A program made the translations under genes and the position numbers. A stretch of 64,000 bases of DNA, taken from contig CANRFV010000001.1 in assembly GCA_947629985.1 (NCBI GenBank), forward strand, positions 252,407 to 316,406, in the 5' to 3' direction. Shown here piece after piece: positions 9,794-18,245 of the stretch (its first letter is position 1; every line of letters starts with the position of its first letter). The stretch comes from an uncultured Clostridia bacterium. GTDB lineage: Bacteria; Bacillota; Clostridia; Christensenellales; CAG-314. Under the pieces are notes generated by a model. That model did no database searches. It was not told the origin of the DNA and worked only from the letters and a program-made list of their open reading frames with translations.

Positions 9794-10876
9794 TCATGTA
9801 ATATGTACCGCTCCGTACAGCGTGGCGGTTACTCCGTCCGCGCCGTTGTCATATCGTACGGAGATCACGGCAAAGTCGCAATACGACAATGCCTGTTGGT
9901 ATGCGGCTGTTTGCAATTGCAGTAAACATTCCTGCAGAGAGGCAGGAACAGCCGTTATGCAGGTTTCGCGATATACGTTGCGGCGTATTTCCAAATGAAG
10001 CGGGTACAAGTACCGACTTTGCGTTTGCAACGTGTAACTGTCGAACGGGCATTCTGCGGCATATTCTTTGCCCCAAAGCACTACTCCCGTACACTCAAAC
10101 ACTCTGCCCGTTTCCGAAACTTGCCGCTTGTAACCGTCAAAACGAGCAAAACCACTTGCCGTTATTTGCAATTCGACGTTACCCAGCGCGTACACTTGGT
10201 CGCAAGTGCCGTCGGAATACGTACGCTCGCCTTTGATAAGCACATCGCCCTTTTTTACTCGGTCGCCGACGCTTACCGCTGCGGTGCCCTGTTCGCAAAC
10301 CACGCTTGTTACAGTGCCGTCGCGCGTGGCTACTATGTCCCTGCGCTTGTTCATATCGATAGGCGGGGCGATTTGCTTTTTTTGCACCACATTTACATAA
10401 AGTACGCTACCCGAGCGTTTGACAACGGCATACATAGCGTCCAATTTGCCTGCGATGCTGTTTTCCAGACTGTCGACGTTAAGGCGGGAAATATTGCTGC
10501 CTACCGATATTTTGGCATCGGCAAGAACATTCAATACGTCGTCCGCGGCGTAATCTCCGCTAACTACTATTTTAAGACAAAATTGCGAAGATATTGCAAG
10601 CAGGGCTACGCAAAGGATCATCAATAGCGGTAAAACGCTGTGTTTTTTTGCAAAACGAAGCGCGCCGCTCAACCCCGTGTACCTTATGTTTTCAATATTG
10701 TAGCACTTTTCGCGCAATAATGCAATAGTCTGCTCGGCTTGCCGAGCAGATACGGCGATCGTACACGTCATACCATGCCTTTGCACGCCCCACACGGTGA
10801 TATTTCGGCGACATAACGCGTCCAGCAAATGCCTTAGGTTAAGCCCGCTGAATGTAATTATGCATTTACTGCGCAT
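9794..10876 (-). CDS. yqfD: Sporulation protein YqfD
   Basis: 360 aa with one central TM segment. Length and layout fit YqfD, and it lies immediately downstream of yqfC. Confidence 0.8.
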   Translation of the reverse strand: MRSKCIITFSGLNLRHLLDALCRRNITVWGVQRHGMTCTIAVSARQAEQTIALLREKCYNIENIRYTGLSGALRFAKKHSVLPLLMILCVALLAISSQFCLKIVVSGDYAADDVLNVLADAKISVGSNISRLNVDSLENSIAGKLDAMYAVVKRSGSVLYVNVVQKKQIAPPIDMNKRRDIVATRDGTVTSVVCEQGTAAVSVGDRVKKGDVLIKGERTYSDGTCDQVYALGNVELQITASGFARFDGYKRQVSETGRVFECTGVVLWGKEYAAECPFDSYTLQTQSRYLYPLHLEIRRNVYRETCITAVPASLQECLLQLQTAAYQQALSYCDFAVISVRYDNGADGVTATLYGAVHIT

Positions 10877-11141
10877 AAGTTATCTCCACGCTCCTGATGA
10901 CTCCAACCACAACGGCAAAGCGCTTTTGAAGGCATTTGATAGTCAAATTGTCCCCGCAGACGGCGAGAACGGCGTTTTTAAGCGCAAAAGACACCTTGTC
11001 GGAGCCAAACCCGACAATGCCGCAATGACCTTCCACAACCGCGGTATGACCGCCGAAAACGGAATATTTGTAACTGTTGACCAGCGCAGACAACTCTACG
11101 CCGCAAAGATCCGCAATGCTTTGATTGAAAGAACCGTTCAT
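10866..11141 (-). CDS. yqfC: Sporulation protein YqfC (YabP/YqfC family)
   Basis: 91 aa from the internal ATG (MNGSFNQ). YabP/YqfC-like beta-rich sequence. 11-nt overlap with yqfD. Confidence 0.75.
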   Translation of the reverse strand: MNGSFNQSIADLCGVELSALVNSYKYSVFGGHTAVVEGHCGIVGFGSDKVSFALKNAVLAVCGDNLTIKCLQKRFAVVVGVIRSVEITYAQ

Positions 11142-11530
11142 ATCAATAATATATGAACTTAAATGCGTTTTTTTCAATAACAGACAATGTAGCGTGCGAA
11201 AATTTGCCGTATTGCCAATATTTCGAATTGACAACGGCGCAAAAATGCACCATACGCGAACAACGCCTATGAGATAAGGCATTGCGCGGTAACGGTTCGA
11301 AATAATATGTATGCGCGGGCTATTGCCTGCCCTTTACGGCGGTTTGGCAAAAGTGAGACATAAGCGTCATTGACACGCGAACGGATAAAAATAATACCGC
11401 GCGGGTAAAACGTGTCAAACGCCTACGCTACCGAAACCGCGCTGTAGGCAATACCTTTGCCGCCGTGGAAACGCGTTGGCAAATATCTAAGAGCGCGCGA
11501 AAGGTATAACGCGCTTGTTACGACAAACGG

Positions 11531-11788
11531 TCAAATCAATTGTTCCATAACTTTGGAAAGTTCTTCTATTTTTTCTTTGGCGTCGTCGCCGCTGCTGTTA
11601 AGCACGCAGTTAGCCAAATGCGATTTGAGTATTTCGCGATTGACTTTGGACAAAATTGCCTGACATGCCATTATTTGCACGGAAATATCGATGCAGTAAC
11701 GATTGTCTTCCACCATTTTGATTATTCCGTCCATCTGTCCGCGCGCGGTTTTGAGCAAACGCGTTACTTTTGCTTTGTCGGCTGTCAT
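11531..11788 (-). CDS. csoR: CsoR-family copper-sensing repressor
   Basis: 85 aa. DUF156-type sequence with a Cys...His-x3-Cys ligand pattern (YCIDI ... HLANC). ATGA overlap with the copA stop. Confidence 0.85.
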   Translation of the reverse strand: MTADKAKVTRLLKTARGQMDGIIKMVEDNRYCIDISVQIMACQAILSKVNREILKSHLANCVLNSSGDDAKEKIEELSKVMEQLI

Positions 11789-14295
11789 TGCGATATTACC
11801 TCCGTAACTTTGTAGCCCTGTTTTTCGACTGCTTTGACCAAAACGTCGGCTTTTACCTTGTCCTTTACTTCAACTTGGGCAAGTTTGTCTTGCAAACTTA
11901 CGTTTACGGACAAAACGCCGCGCGTTTTACTCAATGCGTCGCGGACACGTCCCGTGCAGTGATCGCACATCATTCCGTCGATTTTCAAAACGTATTTCAT
12001 TGTATTTGTCTCCTTTACGGTATTTTTTACCGATTTGAAATTTTTCTTTTTGAGCCACTTGGGCTTGTAAAAACGCAAGCGCAACGCGTTTGTTACGACA
12101 AACAGGCTCGACAAACTCATTGCAGCCGCCGCTATCATTGGGTTGAGTTGCAAATTTAACGGTATATACAGCACGCCCGCGGCAAGCGGTATGCCCAATG
12201 CGTTGTAGAAAAACGCCCAAAACAAGTTTTGCTTGATGTTGCGCGTGGTCTTTTTGCTCAAATCTATTGCGTACGCCACGTCGCGCAGATCGTTTTTTAC
12301 CAAAAGCACGTCGGCGCTGTCTATCGCTATATCCGCGCCGCTGCCCACGGCAAAGCCTATGTCCGCGCGAGTCAACGCCGGAGCGTCGTTTATTCCGTCG
12401 CCCACCATTGCGGTTACGCCGTCCGACATAAGTTCGGCAACTTTCTTTTCCTTATCGGCGGGCAATACTTCGGCGTAGAATTCGTCTATGCCCACCGCTT
12501 GGCACACGGCGCGGGCGGATAAGGCGTTGTCGCCCGTAAGCATTACCGAACGGACGCCCAAACTTTTAAGTTGCGAAATCGCCTGTGCCGAAGTGGCTTT
12601 TATTTCGTCGCCGACGCCGATAATTCCCACATATTTGCCGTTGCACGCCACAATAAGACACGTTTGTCCGTCGGCAGCATATTCGTCCGCTTTGGCGGTA
12701 TACGTTTCGGGCAAAACGCCCTGCTCGTCCATAAGACGTTTGTTGCCTATTGCGTAAACGTCGCCGTCAAGTTGAGCAGTCAAACCGCGCCCCGCAACAG
12801 TTTCGATTGCGTCGGGCTCGGCAAAATCGACGCCATTGCCGTTGCAATATTCTACGACAGCCTTGCCCAACGGGTGTTCGCTTTGCCGTTCGATACCGCC
12901 CACCGCCGAAAAGAACTTGCGCTCGTCCCACGACGTTTCAAACCGCACGACCTGCGGTTTACCCAACGTAACGGTGCCCGTTTTGTCCACCACGACTTGC
13001 TTTATTGACGACAGACGTTCGAGAATTTCGCCGTTTTTTACAAGTATGCCGTTTTCGGCGCCTTTGCCCGTTGCCACCATTATCGCTACGGGCGTTGCCA
13101 AACCCAACGCACACGGACACGATATGACCAACACGGAAACGGCAAAATCCAACGCGACGGACAGCGGTTGCCCTACGCACAGCCATATTACCAGCGTTAC
13201 CAACGATATAGACATTACTACGGGAACGAAAACCGCGGATATTTTGTCCGCAAGACGTTGTATGGGCGCTTTGGACGTGCCCGCTTGCTCGACGAGCGTT
13301 ATTATTTTGTTCAGCACGCTATCCTGCCCTACGGTGGTAACTTGCACGCGAACATATCCGCCCACGCACACCGTACCGCCTATTACCGCGCTGTCGATTT
13401 GCTTTTCGACGGGCAGACTTTCGCCGCTGATACTGCTTTCGTCGGCGAAGCAATTGCCGAATACCACCTTGCCGTCGGCGGGAAATGACGCGCCCGCCTT
13501 TACTATAACTATGTCGCCCGCTTTTATCGTTTTGGCGTCAACGGCAATCTCTTGCCCGTCGGAATACAACAGAGCGGTATCGGGCGCAAGTTTGCGCAAC
13601 TTTGCCAAAGCGTCGCCAGTTTTTACCTTGGAACGGCCTTCGAAATATTTGCCCAGATCCACCAACGCCAAAATCATAGACGATGACTCGAAATACAGTT
13701 TGTGAGAATATTGCAAAATAGTGCTTTGATCGGATATGCCCAACGCGTAACTTTCGATAAACATAACCGCAATGGCATAAACTGCGCCCGCCGCCGAACC
13801 GAGAGCGACAAGGGTATCCATATTGGGAGCGCCCTTGAACAAGCGTTTGAACCCAACAATAAAATATCTGCGATTGACAAACCACACCGGCAAGCACAGC
13901 AACAACTGTACCAGAGCAAACGAGAGAGCGTTTTGCCAGCCTTCCAAAAAAGACGGAAGGGGCAAGCCTATCATATGCCCCATAGATACGTACATCAAAA
14001 TTACGCAAAAAACCGCCGAAATTATCAGTTGAGACAGCGATACGGTATTGCTTGCGGGCGCACGCCCCGATTCGGGTTGAGCAGTGCCGCTTACGCTTGC
14101 GCCGTAACCGCTCTTTTTGACGGCGGAAATTATCGCCTTGGCGACGGACGATCCGCCGTCGTATTCGACGATCATGCTGTTGGTAAGCAAACTGACGTTT
14201 ACCGACGTTACTCCCTTTACTTTTTTTACGGCATTTTCAACGTGCGCGGAACATGCCGAACACGTCATTCCCGTTACATCGAATTTTTGTTTCAT
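11785..14295 (-). CDS. copA: Copper-translocating P1B-type ATPase with N- and C-terminal HMA domains
   Basis: 836 aa from ATG 14295 (the ORF-track start at 14313 is GTG). Motifs GMTCSAC (N-terminal HMA), CPC, DKTGT, GDGIND, and a second HMA, GMMCDHC, in the last ~70 aa. Confidence 0.95.
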   Translation of the reverse strand: MKQKFDVTGMTCSACSAHVENAVKKVKGVTSVNVSLLTNSMIVEYDGGSSVAKAIISAVKKSGYGASVSGTAQPESGRAPASNTVSLSQLIISAVFCVILMYVSMGHMIGLPLPSFLEGWQNALSFALVQLLLCLPVWFVNRRYFIVGFKRLFKGAPNMDTLVALGSAAGAVYAIAVMFIESYALGISDQSTILQYSHKLYFESSSMILALVDLGKYFEGRSKVKTGDALAKLRKLAPDTALLYSDGQEIAVDAKTIKAGDIVIVKAGASFPADGKVVFGNCFADESSISGESLPVEKQIDSAVIGGTVCVGGYVRVQVTTVGQDSVLNKIITLVEQAGTSKAPIQRLADKISAVFVPVVMSISLVTLVIWLCVGQPLSVALDFAVSVLVISCPCALGLATPVAIMVATGKGAENGILVKNGEILERLSSIKQVVVDKTGTVTLGKPQVVRFETSWDERKFFSAVGGIERQSEHPLGKAVVEYCNGNGVDFAEPDAIETVAGRGLTAQLDGDVYAIGNKRLMDEQGVLPETYTAKADEYAADGQTCLIVACNGKYVGIIGVGDEIKATSAQAISQLKSLGVRSVMLTGDNALSARAVCQAVGIDEFYAEVLPADKEKKVAELMSDGVTAMVGDGINDAPALTRADIGFAVGSGADIAIDSADVLLVKNDLRDVAYAIDLSKKTTRNIKQNLFWAFFYNALGIPLAAGVLYIPLNLQLNPMIAAAAMSLSSLFVVTNALRLRFYKPKWLKKKNFKSVKNTVKETNTMKYVLKIDGMMCDHCTGRVRDALSKTRGVLSVNVSLQDKLAQVEVKDKVKADVLVKAVEKQGYKVTEVISQ

Positions 14296-14301
14296 TGTTT
14301 G

Positions 14302-14355
14302 CACCACCCCCACAGGGTATAGGTATAGTATACGCCGTTTTGCAATAAATTACAA
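14302..14355 (-). promoter_or_regulatory. copA promoter with candidate CsoR operator
   Basis: Minus strand reads TTGTAA-17 nt-TATACT, then ATACCCTGTGGGGGTGGT. This GC-rich ACCC/GGGT inverted repeat overlaps the start site and RBS, like described CsoR operators. Confidence 0.45.
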
Positions 14356-14545
14356 GCGAAAACAGCATTTTGTCGGTAAAATTTTTGCCGCAATGCAAAT
14401 AAAATCGCCGATTAGCGCACGCGGCATTGCACGCATATACTGCACTGGGCGGAACATTTGCGTAAATGTAAAAACCGGGCAAAAATCTTTCGCAATTTGC
14501 TTGACTGATCGCGGATAAAGATATAAACTTTTCGCGGAATTAAAA

Positions 14546-15700
14546 ATGAGTACGAAAGTTATCGCGCCGCGTAAGGCGCCGCATATAAATTTCAGTTTCA
14601 AACGTCTTGTATGTAAAAATCTTCTGCCGATAATTGCCCTGGCATTGGCGGCGATCACGTGTATTTTTGTCCCGTTTGACCGAAATTATCTCGATTATTT
14701 CGATTTGTCTACGCTTGCCACGTTGTTTTGTACGTTGGCGGTCGTTTCCGCGTTCAAAAACATAAAGTTTTTTACCTGGTTGGCTAAAAAAATCGTTCTT
14801 AAATTCGGAACGTTGCGCAATACCGTTATCGCGTTGGTATTCGTTACCTATTTCGGCTCGATGATAATGGCAAACGACATGGCGCTGATAACCTTTTTGC
14901 CGCTGGGGTACATTGCGCTGGAAAGTTGCGAACGCAAGGACAAAATGCCGCTTGTATTTGTTATGCAAAACGTTGCAGCCAATCTCGGCGGTATGCTTAC
15001 GCCCTTCGGCAACCCGCAAAATATTTACATCTACGGCTATTACGGCTTGGGATTTACGGAATTTTTGAAAATAATGGCTTTGCCCTGCATTGTGGCGCTG
15101 TTGATGATAGTCTGCGTGTGCCTTTGCGTAAAAAACGACGACATAAAACTGTATGCGGAACAGGAAAAACGCCCGTCGGTTTGGCGCAGCGTTGTGTACG
15201 GCATATTGTTTGTGCTGTCGGTGTTGATAGTTTTCGACGTGCTGCCCTGGTACGTAAGTTTGATTGCAGTAGTTGTTGCCCTGCTTGCGCTGGATCGCAA
15301 AGCCTTTGCCAAGGTGGACTACGGTCTGTTGATAACTTTTTGCGCGTTTTTTGTGTTTTCGGGGAATTTGGCGCGCATAGGAGCGATAAGCGAATTGCTG
15401 TCGCAATTTGTTGCGAAAAGCCCCTTGCTTGTTGGCGTTGCAAGTTGTCAATTTATTAGCAACGTGCCTACCGCGGTGTTGCTGTCCAAGTTTACCGACG
15501 ATTACGCCAATTTGCTTGTCGCGGTTAATATCGGCGGATTGGGAACGCCTATCGCGTCGTTGGCAAGCCTTATTACGCTGAACGAATTTCGTAAGCACGA
15601 CAGACAAAACATCAAAAAGTATTTGGGTGTGTTTTTTGCTGTGAATTTCGGCTTTTTGGCGGCGTTGGTTGTCGTTCAGTTGATAGTATCCGCATTTTGA
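14546..15700 (+). CDS. ArsB/NhaD/CitMHS-superfamily anion permease (substrate unknown)
   Basis: 384 aa, about 10-12 TM segments, with the GNPQN motif typical of this superfamily. Confidence 0.7.
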   Translation: MSTKVIAPRKAPHINFSFKRLVCKNLLPIIALALAAITCIFVPFDRNYLDYFDLSTLATLFCTLAVVSAFKNIKFFTWLAKKIVLKFGTLRNTVIALVFVTYFGSMIMANDMALITFLPLGYIALESCERKDKMPLVFVMQNVAANLGGMLTPFGNPQNIYIYGYYGLGFTEFLKIMALPCIVALLMIVCVCLCVKNDDIKLYAEQEKRPSVWRSVVYGILFVLSVLIVFDVLPWYVSLIAVVVALLALDRKAFAKVDYGLLITFCAFFVFSGNLARIGAISELLSQFVAKSPLLVGVASCQFISNVPTAVLLSKFTDDYANLLVAVNIGGLGTPIASLASLITLNEFRKHDRQNIKKYLGVFFAVNFGFLAALVVVQLIVSAF

Positions 15701-15933
15701 CCTGCGCACGTCGGACAGCAGGCAACAAATACATAGGATATGGTAAAGGCGCAACGATTTGCGCCTATAAATTTGCCCTTTTGCGCCGTAAACGCCCGAT
15801 TGCAACGGCAGAAAACGGCAAAATGCGCAATAACCGACGGTAAAGCGCACTACTGCGCGATTTTTGGCGGCATTGGGCGCGTAACCGTCGACAAAACATG
15901 ATTTTTGTGTTACAATAAATCGAGAGGTAAATT

Positions 15934-16971
15934 ATGACAGAAAAACGCAAACACAAATTTAATTGGAAAATATTTTGCATAGTAATTGCAAGCATATTGT
16001 TGGTATATCTGGTAATTGCGCTGCTGCCCCGCCCGCAAAGCGTACAAAGCAATCCGTTTGTTATCGAAAAAGCCGCCAAACCGCTGTTGATTGCGCACGG
16101 CGGCGGCAACAGAGAATTTCCCGATAACACTTTGGAAGCGTGCTACAACGCGTACAGCGTGGACCCCGACGTAATGCTGGAAATGGACGTATCCATTACC
16201 AAGGACGATGTGGTTATTATGTCGCACGACACAACGCTGGATTACCGCACCAATGCCCGCGGAGAGATTGCCAAGTGGACCTACGCCGATTTGGTAGACC
16301 AACGCGTTGATTTCAGTTATCTCAACCGCATAGAAAACGGCGTTGTTGTGGAAGAAATAAAATACACCGATTACCAAGGCAAACAGGTTACTCCGCTTGA
16401 CGTGAATTATCCCCAAGGCGTGCATGCGCGCGACGATGAAATATTCCCCGTAACGCGGCTTGTAGACGTGTTGGAAACTTTCCCCCACAATACGGTAAAC
16501 GTGGAGATCAAGCAAAGCGGCGACACGGGACTCAGAGCGCTTGCCGCAGTAATTAAAATAGTAGAAGATCACGACGCTTTCGACCGCGTGGTGTTGGCGT
16601 CGTTCCACAAAGAAATTTACCAAGAACTTAAACACATAGCCCAAACTACGCATCCCGAACTGCTGTTTTCTCCGCAAAATTCGGGCGTGGCAAAGTTGTT
16701 TGTTACGGGAGCGCTTGCTTTGGACGTATTTTACGGCGAACCCGTTGCGGTATTTCAAATACCTATGAGTTACGAACTTGGCGGAATAAATTTGCACCTT
16801 GACCACAAATGGTTTGTAAAGGCGGCGCACAGGCACAACATTGCCGTACACTATTGGACAATTGACGACGTGGAAGATATGAAATACCTGGTTTCCATCG
16901 GCGCAGACGGCATTATGACCAACCTGCCGCACACGTTAAAACAAGTTTACGACGAGATGTTTGCAAAATAA
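15934..16971 (+). CDS. Membrane-anchored glycerophosphodiester phosphodiesterase
   Basis: 345 aa with an N-terminal TM segment. GDPD motifs HGG..EFPDNT and MSHD. Confidence 0.85.
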   Translation: MTEKRKHKFNWKIFCIVIASILLVYLVIALLPRPQSVQSNPFVIEKAAKPLLIAHGGGNREFPDNTLEACYNAYSVDPDVMLEMDVSITKDDVVIMSHDTTLDYRTNARGEIAKWTYADLVDQRVDFSYLNRIENGVVVEEIKYTDYQGKQVTPLDVNYPQGVHARDDEIFPVTRLVDVLETFPHNTVNVEIKQSGDTGLRALAAVIKIVEDHDAFDRVVLASFHKEIYQELKHIAQTTHPELLFSPQNSGVAKLFVTGALALDVFYGEPVAVFQIPMSYELGGINLHLDHKWFVKAAHRHNIAVHYWTIDDVEDMKYLVSIGADGIMTNLPHTLKQVYDEMFAK

Positions 16972-17150
16972 ACGCGCAAAGAAATGGCAATTTGCGAAAA
17001 CCGCATTGAAAAAGTGTGCGGTACAGCGATAAAATAATAAGATTGCTTGACGAAATAATGTTCATAAATGGAATAATGTTCGTAAATGGAAAAGGAAGGC
17101 GTAAAAACGTCTTCCTTTTCCGTTGCAACTATAAAGCGCTGTTGCCGCTA

Positions 17151-17285
17151 TGGTGCCGGTGATTTGGACAGAACCGACACGTTTTCTCCAACATCGGATT
17201 TTGAGTCCGACGCGTCTGCCCTTAGCCGAGCGAGCAATGCGAGCGAACGCCACGGAGCGTAAGCGTAGTATTCCACCACACCGAT
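17151..17285 (-). pseudogene. tRNA-Leu(CAA)-like copy with 49-nt D-loop insertion and degenerate T-arm
   Basis: Collinear with the intact gene but carries an insertion at 17221-17269. The 5' acceptor strand is ATCGGTG, and the T-arm has diverged to GTCGGTTCTGTCCAAAT. Confidence 0.6.
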
Positions 17286-17320
17286 ATAAAAAAACGCAAG
17301 CCGCTACGACTTGCGTTTTA

Positions 17321-17380
17321 TGGTGCGGTGAGACTTGTCCTTGCAAAGCAAGGTAAGCGAAGTAAAACGGAGCGCTACAT
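17321..17380 (-). ncRNA. Chimeric module + tRNA-Leu 3' fragment ending in CCA, with its own terminator (copy 1)
   Basis: Minus strand reads ATGTAGCGCTCCGTTTTACTTCGCTTACCTTGCTTTGCAAGGACAAGTCTCACCGCACCA. It is followed at 17286-17319 by an AAACGCAAG...CTTGCGTTTTTTT terminator. Expression has not been tested. Confidence 0.35.
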
Positions 17381-17483
17381 TATTTCGGTATCGCACACAC
17401 AAAAATCCAAAGGCAGCAATGGAAAAGGAAGGCGTAAAAACGTCTTCCTTTTCCATTGCAACTACAAAGCGCTGTTGCCGCTA

Positions 17484-17618
17484 TGGTGCTGGTGGTGGGA
17501 CTTGAACCCACACGTTGTCTCCAACATCGGATTTTGAGTCCGACGCGTCTGCCCTTAGCCGAGCGAGCAATGCGAGCGAACGCCACGGAGCGTAAGCGTA
17601 GTATTCCACCACACCGAT
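17484..17618 (-). pseudogene. tRNA-Leu(CAA)-like copy with 49-nt D-loop insertion
   Basis: Identical to the intact tRNA from the D-loop GG to CCA. Insertion at 17554-17602 lies between AAT and GGCAGA. The 5' acceptor strand ATCGGTG mispairs at 3 of 7 positions. Confidence 0.65.
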
Positions 17619-17653
17619 ATAAAAAAACGCAAGCCGCTACGACTTGCGTTTTA

Positions 17654-17713
17654 TGGTGCGGTGAGACTTGTCCTTGCAAAGCAAGGTAAGCGAAGTAAAA
17701 CGGAGCGCTACAT
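17654..17713 (-). ncRNA. Chimeric module + tRNA-Leu 3' fragment ending in CCA, with its own terminator (copy 2)
   Basis: Same sequence as 17321-17380, one repeat unit later. Terminator at 17619-17652. Confidence 0.35.
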
Positions 17714-17816
17714 TATTTCGGTATCGCACACACAAAAATCCAAAGGCAGCAATGGAAAAGGAAGGCGTAAAAACGTCTTCCTTTTCCATTGCAACTACAA
17801 AGCGCTGTTGCCGCTA

Positions 17817-17902
17817 TGGTGCTGGTGGTGGGACTTGAACCCACACGTTGTCTCCAACATCGGATTTTGAGTCCGACGCGTCTGCCATTCCACCACACCA
17901 GC
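17817..17902 (-). tRNA. tRNA-Leu (anticodon CAA), class II, CCA encoded
   Basis: Hand-folded. Acceptor GCTGGTG/CACCAGC; anticodon arm TCGGA-CTCAAAA-TCCGA; long variable arm GTTG-GAGA-CAAC; T-arm GTGGG-TTCAAGT-CCCAC; discriminator A plus CCA. Confidence 0.9.
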
Positions 17903-17915
17903 ACAATGCTTATAT

Positions 17916-17944
17916 AATATATCACAAAAACTCGGTTTTATCAA
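17916..17944 (-). promoter_or_regulatory. tRNA-Leu promoter
   Basis: Minus strand reads TTGATA-17 nt-TGATATATT (extended -10), ending 13 nt before the tRNA 5' end. Confidence 0.55.
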
Positions 17945-17999
17945 CAATTTTACACTCATTTGTAAAAATTTTTTGCTAAATTCATTGCCGCTAAAAATC

Positions 18000-18028
18000 T
18001 TGCGCTTATTGTTGCCGTGTGATATAAT
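18000..18028 (+). promoter_or_regulatory. tRNA-Arg promoter (divergent from the tRNA-Leu promoter)
   Basis: TTGCGC-17 nt-TGATATAAT (extended -10), about 27 nt before the tRNA 5' end. Confidence 0.55.
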
Positions 18029-18054
18029 ATGTACGCAAATTAAATTTCAAATGC

Positions 18055-18130
18055 CTATCCGTAGTCTAATTGGATAAAATTGTGCCCTCCGACGGCATCG
18101 TTTCGGGTTCGAGTCCCGACGGGTAGACCA
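18055..18130 (+). tRNA. tRNA-Arg (anticodon CCG), CCA encoded
   Basis: Hand-folded. Acceptor CTATCCG/CGGGTAG (one G-U pair); anticodon arm GTGCC-CTCCGAC-GGCAT; T-arm TCGGG-TTCGAGT-CCCGA. The D-stem has one C-A mismatch. Confidence 0.8.
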
Positions 18131-18245
18131 TTGTCGTACTACGCCTTGTAGTCGCATCCGAACGGCGCGCCCTTTGCGGCGTGCCTTTTCGTTTGTTCCT
18201 TATGGCTTGTACGCCAATTCGCCTTTCCGCCGTGAGAACGAAATA

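Larger units (their letters stand above)
17088..17902 (-). repeat. Tandem array, 333-bp period, about 2.4 copies, built around tRNA-Leu(CAA)
   Basis: The 34-nt hairpin GGAAAAGGAAGGCGTAAAAACGTCTTCCTTTTCC starts at 17088, 17421 and 17754. The ORF track shows identical phantom ORFs 333 nt apart. Confidence 0.9.

Noticed and set aside
14540-15850. 436-aa ORF antisense to the permease gene. Similar long antisense ORFs include 15910-16932, 45801-47213, 25300-26547, 26406-27545, 52146-53297, 55090-56190, 38740-39825 and 32042-33406.
   Set aside because: These are shadow frames of well-supported genes on the other strand. Their translations are Arg/Gln/His/Cys-rich low-complexity sequence with no recognisable motifs, RBS or operon logic.
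17554-17602. The 49-nt D-loop insertion as a bona fide tRNA intron.
   Set aside because: It is far too short for a self-splicing group I or II intron and is in the wrong position, since bacterial tRNA introns sit in the anticodon loop. The host copies also have mismatched acceptor stems, so gene disruption is more likely.
17062-17925. Duplicated small ORFs in the tRNA repeat region (for example 17328-17537 = 17661-17870, 17062-17346, 17380-17679).
   Set aside because: The identical translations simply reflect the 333-bp DNA repeat. They run through tRNA sequence and hairpins, are rich in Cys/Arg/Trp and have no RBS.
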